A stretch of DNA of 29,783 bases from Candidatus Latescibacterota bacterium (GTDB lineage: Bacteria; Latescibacterota; UBA2968; UBA8231). A program made the position numbers and the translations under genes. The stretch spans positions 1 to 29,783 of the forward strand of contig CBDBIJ010000027.1 in NCBI GenBank assembly GCA_965205655.1, given 5' to 3'. This document shows positions 18,142-28,586 of the stretch, piece after piece; position 1 is the first letter of the stretch; each line of letters begins with the position of its first letter. The notes below the pieces were generated by a model. It searched no databases. It was not told the origin of the DNA and saw only the letters and a program-made list of their open reading frames with translations.

Positions 18142-18537
18142 TTGGTAGAAATGCCGCCGTCCGCTGACCGCCAGTCACTGGGGAGGCACGTCCTCGTTGA
18201 TCTCTACGGGTGTTCGAAGGAGCTACTCGACGATGTGGCGTTCATCACAGAAGCCATGACGACGGCGGCGCTGGCCGGTGGCGCGACCATTATCGATTCC
18301 ACCTTCCACCGCTTCTCCCCGTGCGGGATCACTGGCGTCGTCGCCATTCGTGAGAGTCACCTGGCGATCCACACCTGGCCCGAGCACGGCTACGCCGCCG
18401 TGGACCTGTTTACCTGTGGCGATGGAATCGACCCGTGGCGTGCCTACGAATCTCTGAAGGCCGCGCTCGGGGCAACTCGCGGCTCGACGGTTGAAATGGA
18501 TCGCGGCCGCCTGGATCTATTGGAAGATGGGGCTTAG
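18142..18537 (+). CDS. speD: Pyruvoyl-dependent S-adenosylmethionine decarboxylase proenzyme (class 1B)
   Basis: GRHVLVDLYGC, HRFSPCGITGV, the ESH self-cleavage site, IHTWPEHGYAAVDLFTCG. Start is TTG 18142 or ATG 18151. Confidence 0.9.
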   Translation: MVEMPPSADRQSLGRHVLVDLYGCSKELLDDVAFITEAMTTAALAGGATIIDSTFHRFSPCGITGVVAIRESHLAIHTWPEHGYAAVDLFTCGDGIDPWRAYESLKAALGATRGSTVEMDRGRLDLLEDGA

Positions 18538-19463
18538 TCGGCGGCCTTCAGGTGGCTTGCACCCCATTCGTCGCCATCCAGCAGATCGTCGTGGCGAGTC
18601 TGGAACGACGCGATTCGCTCATCCACCACGGCCAGCAGCTGATGTAGCTCCTGCTGCCTCGCCTTCAGCTGTCGCCGCTTCAGTATCAGATCGCTCGACC
18701 AGCGCGGCACCGAACGGATCGCGGCGTCGCGCCCCGCCACTCCGTCAGGCTTGAGCGCCACAGAGGCTTCCGTCGTTGTCGTGACCCCCACCTGCGAAAC
18801 GCCCGGCTCGCCCTTGCGGCTGTGCGTCGCCACCCACATGATGTCGACCATCCGGTCCTCATGCTCGAGCTTCGTCAGTCCTCTTTCGATTCTTCGGAGC
18901 TCCGAGCGGAAACGTTCGGCCGTTCCCTCGAGGTATTCGATTTTCTGCCGTATCTCGTCGGGGCCGTCGTCGTCGGTGATTTCCATCTCTCCTGAGAATC
19001 GCAAGTGGGCGCCAGCGATGTCGTCGCCGAGTGCCTGACGCTCCTCCTGGTAGATCTTGAGCTGGTGCAGCAAGCCGTCATCCGCAGTTTCAGCCAGCAT
19101 TCCGAACAGGCGGCTGATCTGCCAGTCATACGCCTCCCGCAGGTGCTGGGTCACGGCGAGGCTGTCGGCGCTGATCCGGTGCAGGGCGCCGTCGATCCGG
19201 GCCATGCGCCTGACGAAGCTCATCGACTCGAGAAGGCACTCGGGTAGACCGAAGGCCCCGGCCATTTTCAAACTGTCTATTACGTTCGAGATGCTGTCCG
19301 CCTCCGCCTCTACGGCGGCCCTGGCCAGGAGCAGCGAGTCCCGCACTCCGCTCAAATGCCTCTGGTCGGACCTGAGCGCGCTGACCTCCGCGATCTGAGC
19401 CCAGGCTGAGGTCTGGAAGGTCAGCAGTGAAAGCAGAGTCAGGTTGTGCGCCAGCTGCTTCAT
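18534..19463 (-). CDS. Hypothetical exported coiled-coil protein
   Basis: Signal-peptide-like MKQLAHNLTLLSLLTFQTSAWA|Q and heptad-rich helices; ATGA overlap with the regulator stop. Confidence 0.7.
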   Translation of the reverse strand: MKQLAHNLTLLSLLTFQTSAWAQIAEVSALRSDQRHLSGVRDSLLLARAAVEAEADSISNVIDSLKMAGAFGLPECLLESMSFVRRMARIDGALHRISADSLAVTQHLREAYDWQISRLFGMLAETADDGLLHQLKIYQEERQALGDDIAGAHLRFSGEMEITDDDGPDEIRQKIEYLEGTAERFRSELRRIERGLTKLEHEDRMVDIMWVATHSRKGEPGVSQVGVTTTTEASVALKPDGVAGRDAAIRSVPRWSSDLILKRRQLKARQQELHQLLAVVDERIASFQTRHDDLLDGDEWGASHLKAAD

Positions 19464-20848
19464 TCGACTCCGTACTTGTCGAGCTTGTAATAGAGGGCGC
19501 TCGGCTTGATTCCAAGAATGTCGGCGGCCTGCGTTTTGACGCCGTCCGCATCCCTCATCGCCTTCGTAATCAGCTCCTTTTCTAGACGTTCGAGGCGATC
19601 GTTGAGGGCCAGACCGTCGTCGTGGCCATCCGCAGTGACGACATCGGCTGGGCGACTCTCAGCCCCCTCGCCCACCGCGAGTGGCAGGTCGGCGGCGTCT
19701 ATCGTGTCTGCATCCACGAGGACGATGGTCCGTTCGATGATATTCTCCAGTTCACGCACGTTGCCGGGCCAGTGATATGCCTGCAACGCCACGATTGCCT
19801 CTGGGGTGAGACGCCTGAGCGGCAGATTCATTTCCCGCGATTTCTTGTCGAGGAAGTGCTCAACGAGCAGGGGGATGTCGTCGATCCGCTCTCGCAGAGG
19901 CGGCAGCTCGAGCGGTATGACGTCGAGCCGGTAGTACAGGTCCTCGCGGAACTCCCCCGACTCCATCATCTGCTTCAGCGGGCGGTTCGTCGCCGCCACC
20001 ACTCGCACGTCGGCTTCGAGTGTGCGCTCTCCGCCGACTCGATCAAACTCCTTCTCCTGGAGCACGCGCAGCAGGTTCACCTGCGTTTCCGCCGGGATGT
20101 CGCCGATCTCGTCCAAAAATATCGTACCTCTCTCAGCGAGCTCGAACTTCCCCTTCTTCTGACGGACGGCGCCCGTAAAAGCCCCCTTCTCGTGTCCGAA
20201 CAGCTCGCTCTCGACGAGCTCTCTGGGCATGGATCCGCAGTTCACCTTGACGAACGGTCCGGCGCTGCGACTGCCCCGATTATGGACTGCCCTGGCGACC
20301 AGTTCCTTGCCGGTGCCGCTCTCGCCGTAGATGAGCACCGACGAGTCGGTGGCGCTGACCTTGTCGACCGTCGCCAGTACTTCCTGGATTCTCTGGGATT
20401 CTCCGATAATCTCGCCGTAGCGGTCGCCGATCTCCTCTCGAAGATAGCGGTTCTCGTCGTCGAGCCGCTGTCGCTCGCGACGCTCCGCCCGATGGGTGAG
20501 GACCCGTTCGATCTTGAATCGCAGCGCCTCCGGAGGAAAGGGCTTGGTTATGAAGTCGGCGGCGCCATGCTGCATGGCCTCCACGGCGATCTCGATGGTG
20601 CCGTGGGCGGTGATGATCATGACGTCTGTCTCTGGATGCTGCTTCCTCACCGCCTCCAGCAGTTGCAGCCCGTCCATCTCGTCCATGCGGTAGTCGGTGA
20701 CGACCAGATCGATCTCGCCGCCGCCGAAGCTGTTCAGCGCCTCGGCTCCGCTCGCCGCGGTGACGGCGTCGTGCTCCATGCGCTCCACCACGAGGGCTAC
20801 TCCCGAGCGCATCGTCTCGTTGTCGTCGACGACGAGAATGCGACTCAT
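19460..20848 (-). CDS. Sigma-54-dependent response regulator (NtrC/AtoC family)
   Basis: Receiver domain (ILVVDD, TDYRM, KPF), GESGTGKE, ESELFGHEKGAFTGA, FLDEIG, FREDLYYRL, WPGNVRELEN and a Fis-type HTH. Confidence 0.96.
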   Translation of the reverse strand: MSRILVVDDNETMRSGVALVVERMEHDAVTAASGAEALNSFGGGEIDLVVTDYRMDEMDGLQLLEAVRKQHPETDVMIITAHGTIEIAVEAMQHGAADFITKPFPPEALRFKIERVLTHRAERRERQRLDDENRYLREEIGDRYGEIIGESQRIQEVLATVDKVSATDSSVLIYGESGTGKELVARAVHNRGSRSAGPFVKVNCGSMPRELVESELFGHEKGAFTGAVRQKKGKFELAERGTIFLDEIGDIPAETQVNLLRVLQEKEFDRVGGERTLEADVRVVAATNRPLKQMMESGEFREDLYYRLDVIPLELPPLRERIDDIPLLVEHFLDKKSREMNLPLRRLTPEAIVALQAYHWPGNVRELENIIERTIVLVDADTIDAADLPLAVGEGAESRPADVVTADGHDDGLALNDRLERLEKELITKAMRDADGVKTQAADILGIKPSALYYKLDKYGVE

Positions 20849-22446
20849 CCGACGCCCTGGCTGGCGGAGGCGTGTTCGGCGCTTCCGTCCTTCATCGCGG
20901 CCTCAATCACCACCTCGTCCCTCGCGTCGTGCCAGCGCCCGTCGGCCGGCACGAACAGACTTACCGTCGTCCCCTCGCCGAGAGCGCTACTCATCTGCAG
21001 CCGGCCCCGGTTCCTCTCCAGAGCCTGCTGGACAATGGCCAGACCCAGTCCCGACCCCTTTTCGCGGGTGGTGAAAAATGGCTCGAACAACCTCGCTCTC
21101 GCCTCTGGTGGAATTCCCGGGCCGGTATCCGCGATATCGATCCTTACCTCCTGTCCGGCTTCGGCCGCCCTCAGCGTGAGGGTCCCGCCCCCCTCCATGG
21201 CTTGCACCGCATTCTTCATCAGATTGAAAAGCGCCCGCTTTATGTGCTCCGGGTCCACGTAGGCTTTCAATTCGGGTCCTACGTGCTTCTCGTAAATGAC
21301 GCCGAACTCATCCATTTCCGGCGACAGCAAGAAGGCGGCATCCTCGACGAGCTGAGCCACGTGTAACAGCTGCGGTTCCGCTGCCGAGGGTCGGGCGAAT
21401 TCGAGGAACTCCGAAATGACCGTGTTCAGGGTGCGCACCTCGCCGATCACCTTTTCGATGTGCTTCTTTCTCTGATCTCCCTCCGGCAACTCGGCGGCTA
21501 TCAGACCGGCGTAGATTTCGATGCCCCCCAGCGGATTGCGGATCTCGTGGGCCACGCCGGCCAGCATCTGTCTCAGCTGCGCGTCCCTGGCCTGGAGCTT
21601 CTGCCGCATCTCCTCCATGGTGTCGCCGAGATAGCCGATCTCGTCGAGCGCGGAGGTGTCCACGGAGTGCTCGAGATTTCCGCGGCCTATCTCGCGCGCC
21701 GCCATCACCAGCCGATTGATCGGTCGCGTGATCGTGCGCGCCATGCCGAGGCCGACGATGAGAGTCAACAGCGCGCTGAGGCCGGCGAAAAGGTAGATGG
21801 AGCGCTTGAAGCCGTGAATAGCCGTCATGAACCCCGCGCCGATATCCAGACCCACTCCTGCCACCACCTCATCGCCGACGAACATAGGGGCGTATCCTGT
21901 CATGTAGTCGACGCCGGTCTCGGGGTCGGTGAAGCGTACAGTGTGTGCCTCTTTCCCCTGCCAGACCTGCTCGATCTCCATCCGGTCTCGTATCTTGAGC
22001 TCGGGAAAAAGCCGCCCGATCGAACTGCCGGGTTCGGTGTCGAGGAGACTCTTGCAGTCGCGGTCGAATACGAAGATGCGGCGGGCGCCGACGAGATCCT
22101 TGGCTTGCCGTATTCTCGCCGTGTAGCTGCGGTATAAATCGAATCGCTCGAACCCGGGACGCAGCCGAACCAGCACATCCACGTCCGCAAGTCCGTTGGC
22201 GAGGAGCCGTGCCTCGGCCAGCAGGTGGCTGCTCATCTGCTCCTCGAGGCTGTTGAGGGCTCGCTCGTACAGCACCCAGCCGCTGCCGCCAACCACGAGC
22301 ATGGCCAGGGCGACAAAGCTCAGCACGAGCCTCGGTCCGATGCGGCCGCGGGGATGGGTGCGCCTGTCGGCTCCCAGCCACGAGTGCAGCCCGGGCCCGC
22401 CATACAGATGCCGATCCCGCTTCAGCTCCTGGTATCGGTTCGTCAT
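20845..22446 (-). CDS. Sensor histidine kinase (2 TM, periplasmic sensor, HAMP, HisKA, HATPase)
   Basis: TRPI..L..AAREIGRG..DEIG (HAMP), VAHEIRNPL, NLMKNA, DTGPGI, FEPFFTT and GSGLGL. Confidence 0.95.
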   Translation of the reverse strand: MTNRYQELKRDRHLYGGPGLHSWLGADRRTHPRGRIGPRLVLSFVALAMLVVGGSGWVLYERALNSLEEQMSSHLLAEARLLANGLADVDVLVRLRPGFERFDLYRSYTARIRQAKDLVGARRIFVFDRDCKSLLDTEPGSSIGRLFPELKIRDRMEIEQVWQGKEAHTVRFTDPETGVDYMTGYAPMFVGDEVVAGVGLDIGAGFMTAIHGFKRSIYLFAGLSALLTLIVGLGMARTITRPINRLVMAAREIGRGNLEHSVDTSALDEIGYLGDTMEEMRQKLQARDAQLRQMLAGVAHEIRNPLGGIEIYAGLIAAELPEGDQRKKHIEKVIGEVRTLNTVISEFLEFARPSAAEPQLLHVAQLVEDAAFLLSPEMDEFGVIYEKHVGPELKAYVDPEHIKRALFNLMKNAVQAMEGGGTLTLRAAEAGQEVRIDIADTGPGIPPEARARLFEPFFTTREKGSGLGLAIVQQALERNRGRLQMSSALGEGTTVSLFVPADGRWHDARDEVVIEAAMKDGSAEHASASQGVG

Positions 22447-22447
22447 C

Positions 22448-23440
22448 TCAATCCCCGTCGGACACCGTTGAGCGGGCTGCTGCGGGAATGGACGGCTCCG
22501 ACGGCCTCGCCGCTAGGGTACCCTGCTGGATCTGCTCCTCCACCCACGACCGCCAGTAGCCGTCCAGTCGGCGGACGAATGCCGTCGGGCGCTCTGCGTA
22601 GATTCGCTGACCGAGAACGAGACACTCATTGTGGTACGAGGCGCGCCGTTCGGCGACCCGGTGCTCGAGCGCCCGGATGGTCGATGTCGCCTTCGCCCGC
22701 GGGAATTCCCCCCTCACGGTCTCCGACAGGATGGCGAGATCGTGATCCTTGCCGAGCAAATCTCCGAGTTGATCCAGCTCTTTCTCTGCCACCTCCATGA
22801 GCGCGGGCCAGGTATCCCGCAGAATCTGGGTGTGGTACCACTGATATTTGACGCGCTTGCGCCACTCGTGCATGACGGTGGCAGCCGGTCTCCACTGCAC
22901 CTCGCCGTATTCCCTGCGTCCGCGGGCGTACACCTGGCGCAGGCCGCGCTCGAGTGCCTCGAAGCCGTCGCGTGAGAATGACCACGAGCCGAGGCGCTTT
23001 TCCGCGTCGCTCAGCGCTGACATCGCCCGTTCCTCGACCCGCACGTCGACCGGCCGACTCTGCCCGTATGCCTCGTCGCGGCGCCCGATCAACCAGCGGC
23101 GGATGTTGTCGAAGCGACTTCTCGGGGTTCGCGGGCCCAGCCATGCCAGCAACTCGTCCAGGGCCTCGATCAGAGCGGCGGCATTGCGCATTCCGGCGAG
23201 GATACTCGACACATCGCGAAAGCACTCGTTCTCTCTGCGGTATGTCTCGTCGCCGAGCTCGGCGCGAACGAGCCGAACGAGACCGCGCAGTCGCTTCATG
23301 CACTTGCGGCTCTCGTGGATGTGCTCCTCCCTGTCTCCGTCGGCATCGCCGAGGTGGTTGAGAGCCCGATGGATCTGCTCGATGGTTATGCGGCGAGTCC
23401 CCTCGGGAACGGTCTCACCACGTTCGAATCGGTAGGCCAT
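22448..23440 (-). CDS. CHAD domain protein (polyphosphate-binding family)
   Basis: IHESRKCMKRLRGLVRL, MHEWRKRVKYQWY and LGDLLGKDHDL. Confidence 0.88.
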   Translation of the reverse strand: MAYRFERGETVPEGTRRITIEQIHRALNHLGDADGDREEHIHESRKCMKRLRGLVRLVRAELGDETYRRENECFRDVSSILAGMRNAAALIEALDELLAWLGPRTPRSRFDNIRRWLIGRRDEAYGQSRPVDVRVEERAMSALSDAEKRLGSWSFSRDGFEALERGLRQVYARGRREYGEVQWRPAATVMHEWRKRVKYQWYHTQILRDTWPALMEVAEKELDQLGDLLGKDHDLAILSETVRGEFPRAKATSTIRALEHRVAERRASYHNECLVLGQRIYAERPTAFVRRLDGYWRSWVEEQIQQGTLAARPSEPSIPAAARSTVSDGD

Positions 23441-23572
23441 GAGATCTTGTGAGCTCTCGAAACAATGAAGGATAACCGACAGCTGGACCTACTCGTGAAA
23501 GTATTCACCAGTGGTTCGGATGTCCAGTCATAAGCTCTAATAACTACTGGCACTTCCGTTGGTTTCCGACGA

Positions 23573-25195
23573 TCAGTCGAATACTCCTACCATCGGTCCG
23601 AAGCTGTCCTGATAGGCCGATGCGTCGACCCGCGCGTCGATCAGCGTCGTCGAATCGGCCTCAACCGCGCGCTTCAATTCTTTCTCGAACTCCTCCGGTG
23701 TCTCCGCGGTCGCTCCCCTCAATACCGCAGGACCGCAGGCCCGCGCGACGTCGGCGAACTCCACCGGGTGCAGCCCCAGCTCGTATTCCGGCATGCCCCG
23801 CATCTTCTGCCTCGACTTCATCGTACCCAGGGCCTGGTCGTTGATGATGATGAGCGGCGCCGCCACGCCGGCGCGGGCGTAGACCTCGAGCTCTCCGAGC
23901 CTCATCAGCAGACTGCCGTCGGCGCCGATGCCGGCCATTGGCACCTCCGGTCTCGCCAGCTTGGCGCCGAGAAGAGCGGGCACGGTCAGCCCCATGGTTC
24001 GTCCCCCGGCGGTCCCGTAGTACATGCCGTACTCGTCCACCTGCCACATCGGCGTCTCGAGCATGGGAATGTAGATCCCCGTTTCAGAGATCAGGATCGT
24101 TTCGGGCGGTAGGACGCGGCGGGCGATTTCGAGGATATCGTGGGCGGCGAATCTCGCCTCCGCCGGTCGCTCGAAGTGTTTCATGCCTGCGTCGCGCACC
24201 TCGCGAATCTCGCCTTCACCGAATCCCGGCTGTTTCACCGACGACAGCGTCGCCAGCGTCGTCTTCAAATCGCCGTCCACCCGCACCGTCGGCGCCGTCA
24301 GCGTCTCGTACTCGGAGCGGGCCACGAGTTCGCACGTCGGCACCTCCGAACTCCAGGGGACGTGCGACATCATGGCGTCGACACCGGCGAGCAGCACCAT
24401 GTCGGCTCTCTTCAGGAATTCTGTCTCGACCAGCTGCGACGGAGAGCCCGCCAGCACACATGCCCACCTGGCGTGAGATTCCGGGAACACGCCGCGGGCG
24501 TCCATGTTCACGATCACCGCCGCCTCGATGCCCTCTGCGAACCTCAGCAGCTCGGCGGTGGCGCCATCCCGCACCACGTCGGTCCCGGCTATGACCACCG
24601 GCTTGCCGGCACCCTCGATCATCGCCCGCGCCGCGGCGATATCGCCGTCGTCGGGAGCCGCTGATGCTTTCGGCGGTGTGGCGGCCAGCGGATCACCGCA
24701 TTCGGCCGCTCCCTGGTCCGACGGCAGGTTGATCTGCACGGCGCCGGGACGGCCGTCCGTAGCGTGGAACACCGAATCCTGCACCGACTGCGCCGCCGTT
24801 TCTGCCCGCAACGTGCCCATGTGCTTCGCCACGCCGCCGAAGAGGCCGTCGTGTCCACAGTGCTGCACCAGATCTGTCTGTGTGAAACTGTCAGGCGACG
24901 ACTCGCAGAGGCAGATGAGCGGCATGCGCTCGAAGTGGGAATTCACCGCGCCACCCACCAGATTCGCGGCGCCCACTCCCTGCACTGCCAGTGCCAGACC
25001 GGCCGTGCCGTGCATGATGCCGTTGTAGGCCGCCATGATACCCGCCGACGACTCGTGCGACACACTCACGAAATCGACGCCCCTCGTCCTGCCGGCCTCC
25101 ATCATGTCGAGGGGAGATCCACCGCCGGGAATGCCGAAAAAATGCCTCAGCCCCCTGTCGCGAGCCTCGGCTATGATCATCTCGGCAATGTTCAA
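23573..25195 (-). CDS. Thiamine-diphosphate-dependent enzyme (acetolactate synthase-like superfamily)
   Basis: [36 protein letters not shown] and GADGS...IND (variant GDG motif). Start placed at TTG 25195 after a GAGGTG RBS, because the track's longer ORF overlaps tdh. Confidence 0.88.
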   Translation of the reverse strand: MNIAEMIIAEARDRGLRHFFGIPGGGSPLDMMEAGRTRGVDFVSVSHESSAGIMAAYNGIMHGTAGLALAVQGVGAANLVGGAVNSHFERMPLICLCESSPDSFTQTDLVQHCGHDGLFGGVAKHMGTLRAETAAQSVQDSVFHATDGRPGAVQINLPSDQGAAECGDPLAATPPKASAAPDDGDIAAARAMIEGAGKPVVIAGTDVVRDGATAELLRFAEGIEAAVIVNMDARGVFPESHARWACVLAGSPSQLVETEFLKRADMVLLAGVDAMMSHVPWSSEVPTCELVARSEYETLTAPTVRVDGDLKTTLATLSSVKQPGFGEGEIREVRDAGMKHFERPAEARFAAHDILEIARRVLPPETILISETGIYIPMLETPMWQVDEYGMYYGTAGGRTMGLTVPALLGAKLARPEVPMAGIGADGSLLMRLGELEVYARAGVAAPLIIINDQALGTMKSRQKMRGMPEYELGLHPVEFADVARACGPAVLRGATAETPEEFEKELKRAVEADSTTLIDARVDASAYQDSFGPMVGVFD

Positions 25196-25336
25196 AATGT
25201 CACCTCGGCAATTCTCACGGCATTCGTATCGTTCGGCGCGGATCGGCGGAAGGTAGCCCCACCGGTTGCACTGGTCAACGAACTGGTTTCCATTAGGGGC
25301 GTTGACTTCCACCGAAACGAAACATTCCCGACGATC

Positions 25337-26368
25337 GTGAAGGCACTGGTCAAAAAGCAGCCGAGCCCCGGACTCTGGCTCGAAGATGTCCCAGAGCCCG
25401 ATGTCGGTGTCGACGACGTCCTCATAAAGATCCACAAGACCGCCATCTGCGGCACCGATGTCCACATCTACAACTGGGATGAATGGGCCCGAAGGACTAT
25501 TCCCACCCCGATGGTCATCGGGCATGAATTCGTCGGGTCCATCGAGGCGATCGGCGGCAACGTACACGACTTTGCCGTCGGCGACGTGGTGACAGGCGAG
25601 GGCCATCTCGTCTGCGGCCGCTGCCGAAACTGCCTGGCAGGTCGTCGTCATCTCTGCGCCCATACCAGTGGCGTAGGCGTGAATCGGTCCGGCGCCTTTG
25701 CGGATTATCTATCGATACCGGTTACCAATGTCTGGCACTGCGATCCCTCCATTCCCATGGATGTCCTCTGCTGCTTCGATCCCCTCGGCAACGCCGTCCA
25801 TTCAGCGCTGTCCTTCGACGTCCTCGGAGAGGACGTGCTCATCACTGGCGCCGGTCCGATCGGCATTATGGCTATCGCCATTGCCAGACACGCTGGTGCC
25901 AGGCATGTCGTCGTCTCCGATCTGAACCCATATCGCCTGGAGCTGGCGCAGCGCATGGGGGCGACTCTCACGGTGGACATCAGCTCTGAAAAAATCGCCG
26001 ACGCCATCGATCGACTCGGCATGAAGGAGGGGTTTGACGTCGGTTTGGAGATGTCCGGAAGTCGCGATGCCCTCAATGAGATGCTGCCCGTTATGTGTCA
26101 CGGGGGCAAGATCGCCGTGCTCGGCATTCCGGAAGGGGATTCCGTCATAGACTGGAATGTCGTCGTCTTCAACGGACTCACCATCAAGGGTATATACGGG
26201 CGCGAGATGTACGAGACGTGGTACAAGCTGACGGTGATGATTCAGAGCGGGTTGGACATAGCTCCGGTCATAACCCACCACTTCCCACAACACTCTTTCG
26301 AGAAGGCCTTCGAGATCATGCGGTCCGGTCAGTCCGGCAAGGTCATTCTCGAATGGTTGCAGCAATAG
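25337..26368 (+). CDS. tdh: L-threonine 3-dehydrogenase
   Basis: [70 protein letters not shown] and SGKVIL. Confidence 0.96.
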   Translation: MKALVKKQPSPGLWLEDVPEPDVGVDDVLIKIHKTAICGTDVHIYNWDEWARRTIPTPMVIGHEFVGSIEAIGGNVHDFAVGDVVTGEGHLVCGRCRNCLAGRRHLCAHTSGVGVNRSGAFADYLSIPVTNVWHCDPSIPMDVLCCFDPLGNAVHSALSFDVLGEDVLITGAGPIGIMAIAIARHAGARHVVVSDLNPYRLELAQRMGATLTVDISSEKIADAIDRLGMKEGFDVGLEMSGSRDALNEMLPVMCHGGKIAVLGIPEGDSVIDWNVVVFNGLTIKGIYGREMYETWYKLTVMIQSGLDIAPVITHHFPQHSFEKAFEIMRSGQSGKVILEWLQQ

Positions 26369-26382
26369 AGGTCGGTGAAAAG

Positions 26383-27567
<1,185 letters not shown>

Positions 27568-27581
27568 GGCAGCCCGCGTTG

Positions 27582-28334
27582 CTACGCCATGAGATCGCCG
27601 CCGCTGATATCGAGACAGGCACCTGTGATGTAGCCCCCCTCGGCAACCAGAAAGACGGTCAGGTCAGCCACCTCCTCCGGACTGCCGAGCCGCTGTATCG
27701 GAAAGCTGTCGGCGTAGGCCCGCAGCTGCTCGGGGGAGCAGTTTTCCCGCACCATCTCCGTGTCGATCAGTCCCGGGCAGATGGCGTTCGACGTAATGCC
27801 GAAGGGACCGGTCTCTTTGGCGACCGCTCTGGTGAACCCGATAACCGCCGCTTTCGACGCGGTGTAGTGCGCCCCTCCCAGGGTGCTCACGCTGCGGCCC
27901 GCTGTGGATGATATGTTCACGATGCGGCCATAATGATTCTCCTTCATCCCGCCAAGAGTTGCCGCACAGCACAGAAAGGTGCCGTTCAGATTCACGTCGA
28001 GCACCTTGTCCCATTCCGCCTTCGTGATATCGCTGATCCTGGTGCGAAAGATGACGCCGGCACAGTTCACGAGAATGCCCACCGGACCGTGCTCGCTCAC
28101 CGCACTCTGCACCATGGCCCCTACCTGAGCTTCGTCCGTCACGTCCGTACCAGTTGCCGTTGCCACACCGCCGCGCGAGACAATTTCGTCGGCCACGCGC
28201 TTCGCCCCCGCCTCGTTCAGGTCGACGAGCGCCACTGCCGCACCTTCCTCGGCCAGCCGTCTCGAGCACGCCGCTCCCATCCCCTGAGCGGCGCCGGTAA
28301 CGATGGCGACCTGTCCCTCGAGCCTGTCACGCAT
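27582..28334 (-). CDS. Short-chain dehydrogenase/reductase (FabG-like)
   Basis: TGAAQGMG, NCAG, NISS, YTASK and ICPGLIDT; ATG 28334 after a GGAG RBS. Confidence 0.92.
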   Translation of the reverse strand: MRDRLEGQVAIVTGAAQGMGAACSRRLAEEGAAVALVDLNEAGAKRVADEIVSRGGVATATGTDVTDEAQVGAMVQSAVSEHGPVGILVNCAGVIFRTRISDITKAEWDKVLDVNLNGTFLCCAATLGGMKENHYGRIVNISSTAGRSVSTLGGAHYTASKAAVIGFTRAVAKETGPFGITSNAICPGLIDTEMVRENCSPEQLRAYADSFPIQRLGSPEEVADLTVFLVAEGGYITGACLDISGGDLMA

Positions 28335-28360
28335 AGATTCCACTCCGTCGCAGTGGCGAG

Positions 28361-28390
28361 AGTATAGTACGGTCTCCGCGGCCGGGGCAA
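28361..28390 (-). promoter_or_regulatory. Possible sigma-70 promoter for the SDR gene
   Basis: Minus-strand TTGCCC, 18-bp spacer, TATACT. Confidence 0.35.
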
Positions 28391-28482
28391 ACGGCAACAG
28401 GCAATTGTTGCGTGCATCCCGCCGCGTTACATTCCGCTCTCGACCTCGATTTGAACACGAGTTTCAACTAGGAGTCTACTTC

Positions 28483-28586
28483 ATGCACGAAGGTGTGTTC
28501 GAGGGAATCGAGAAATTCAGGCGTCGCCTCACCGAGGGCGAAACTCTCATAGGTTCGGGCATAAGTCTTACAGATGCGCAGGTGAC
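28483..28586 (+). pseudogene. 5' fragment of a probable HpcH/HpaI aldolase-family gene cut by IS256
   Basis: AGGAG RBS and ATG 28483. MHEGVFEGIEKFRRRLTEGETLIGSGISLTDAQVT resembles HpcH/HpaI N-termini, then the frame runs into IS end sequence. Confidence 0.55.

Noticed and set aside
23548..23563. TGGCAC-N5-TTGG as a sigma-54 promoter near the two-component operon
   Set aside because: The -12 element is GG rather than GC, and it points away from the CHAD operon into the 3' end of the ThDP gene.
24764..25663. Long N-terminal extensions of tdh and the ThDP enzyme giving a large bidirectional overlap
   Set aside because: Family N-termini and the RBS place the starts at 25337 (+) and 25195 (-), leaving a normal divergent spacer. 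The herA and kbl extensions were trimmed likewise.
28451..28467. TTGAA-N7-TTCAA inverted repeat as an operator
   Set aside because: Only 5-bp arms and a single instance, compatible with chance.
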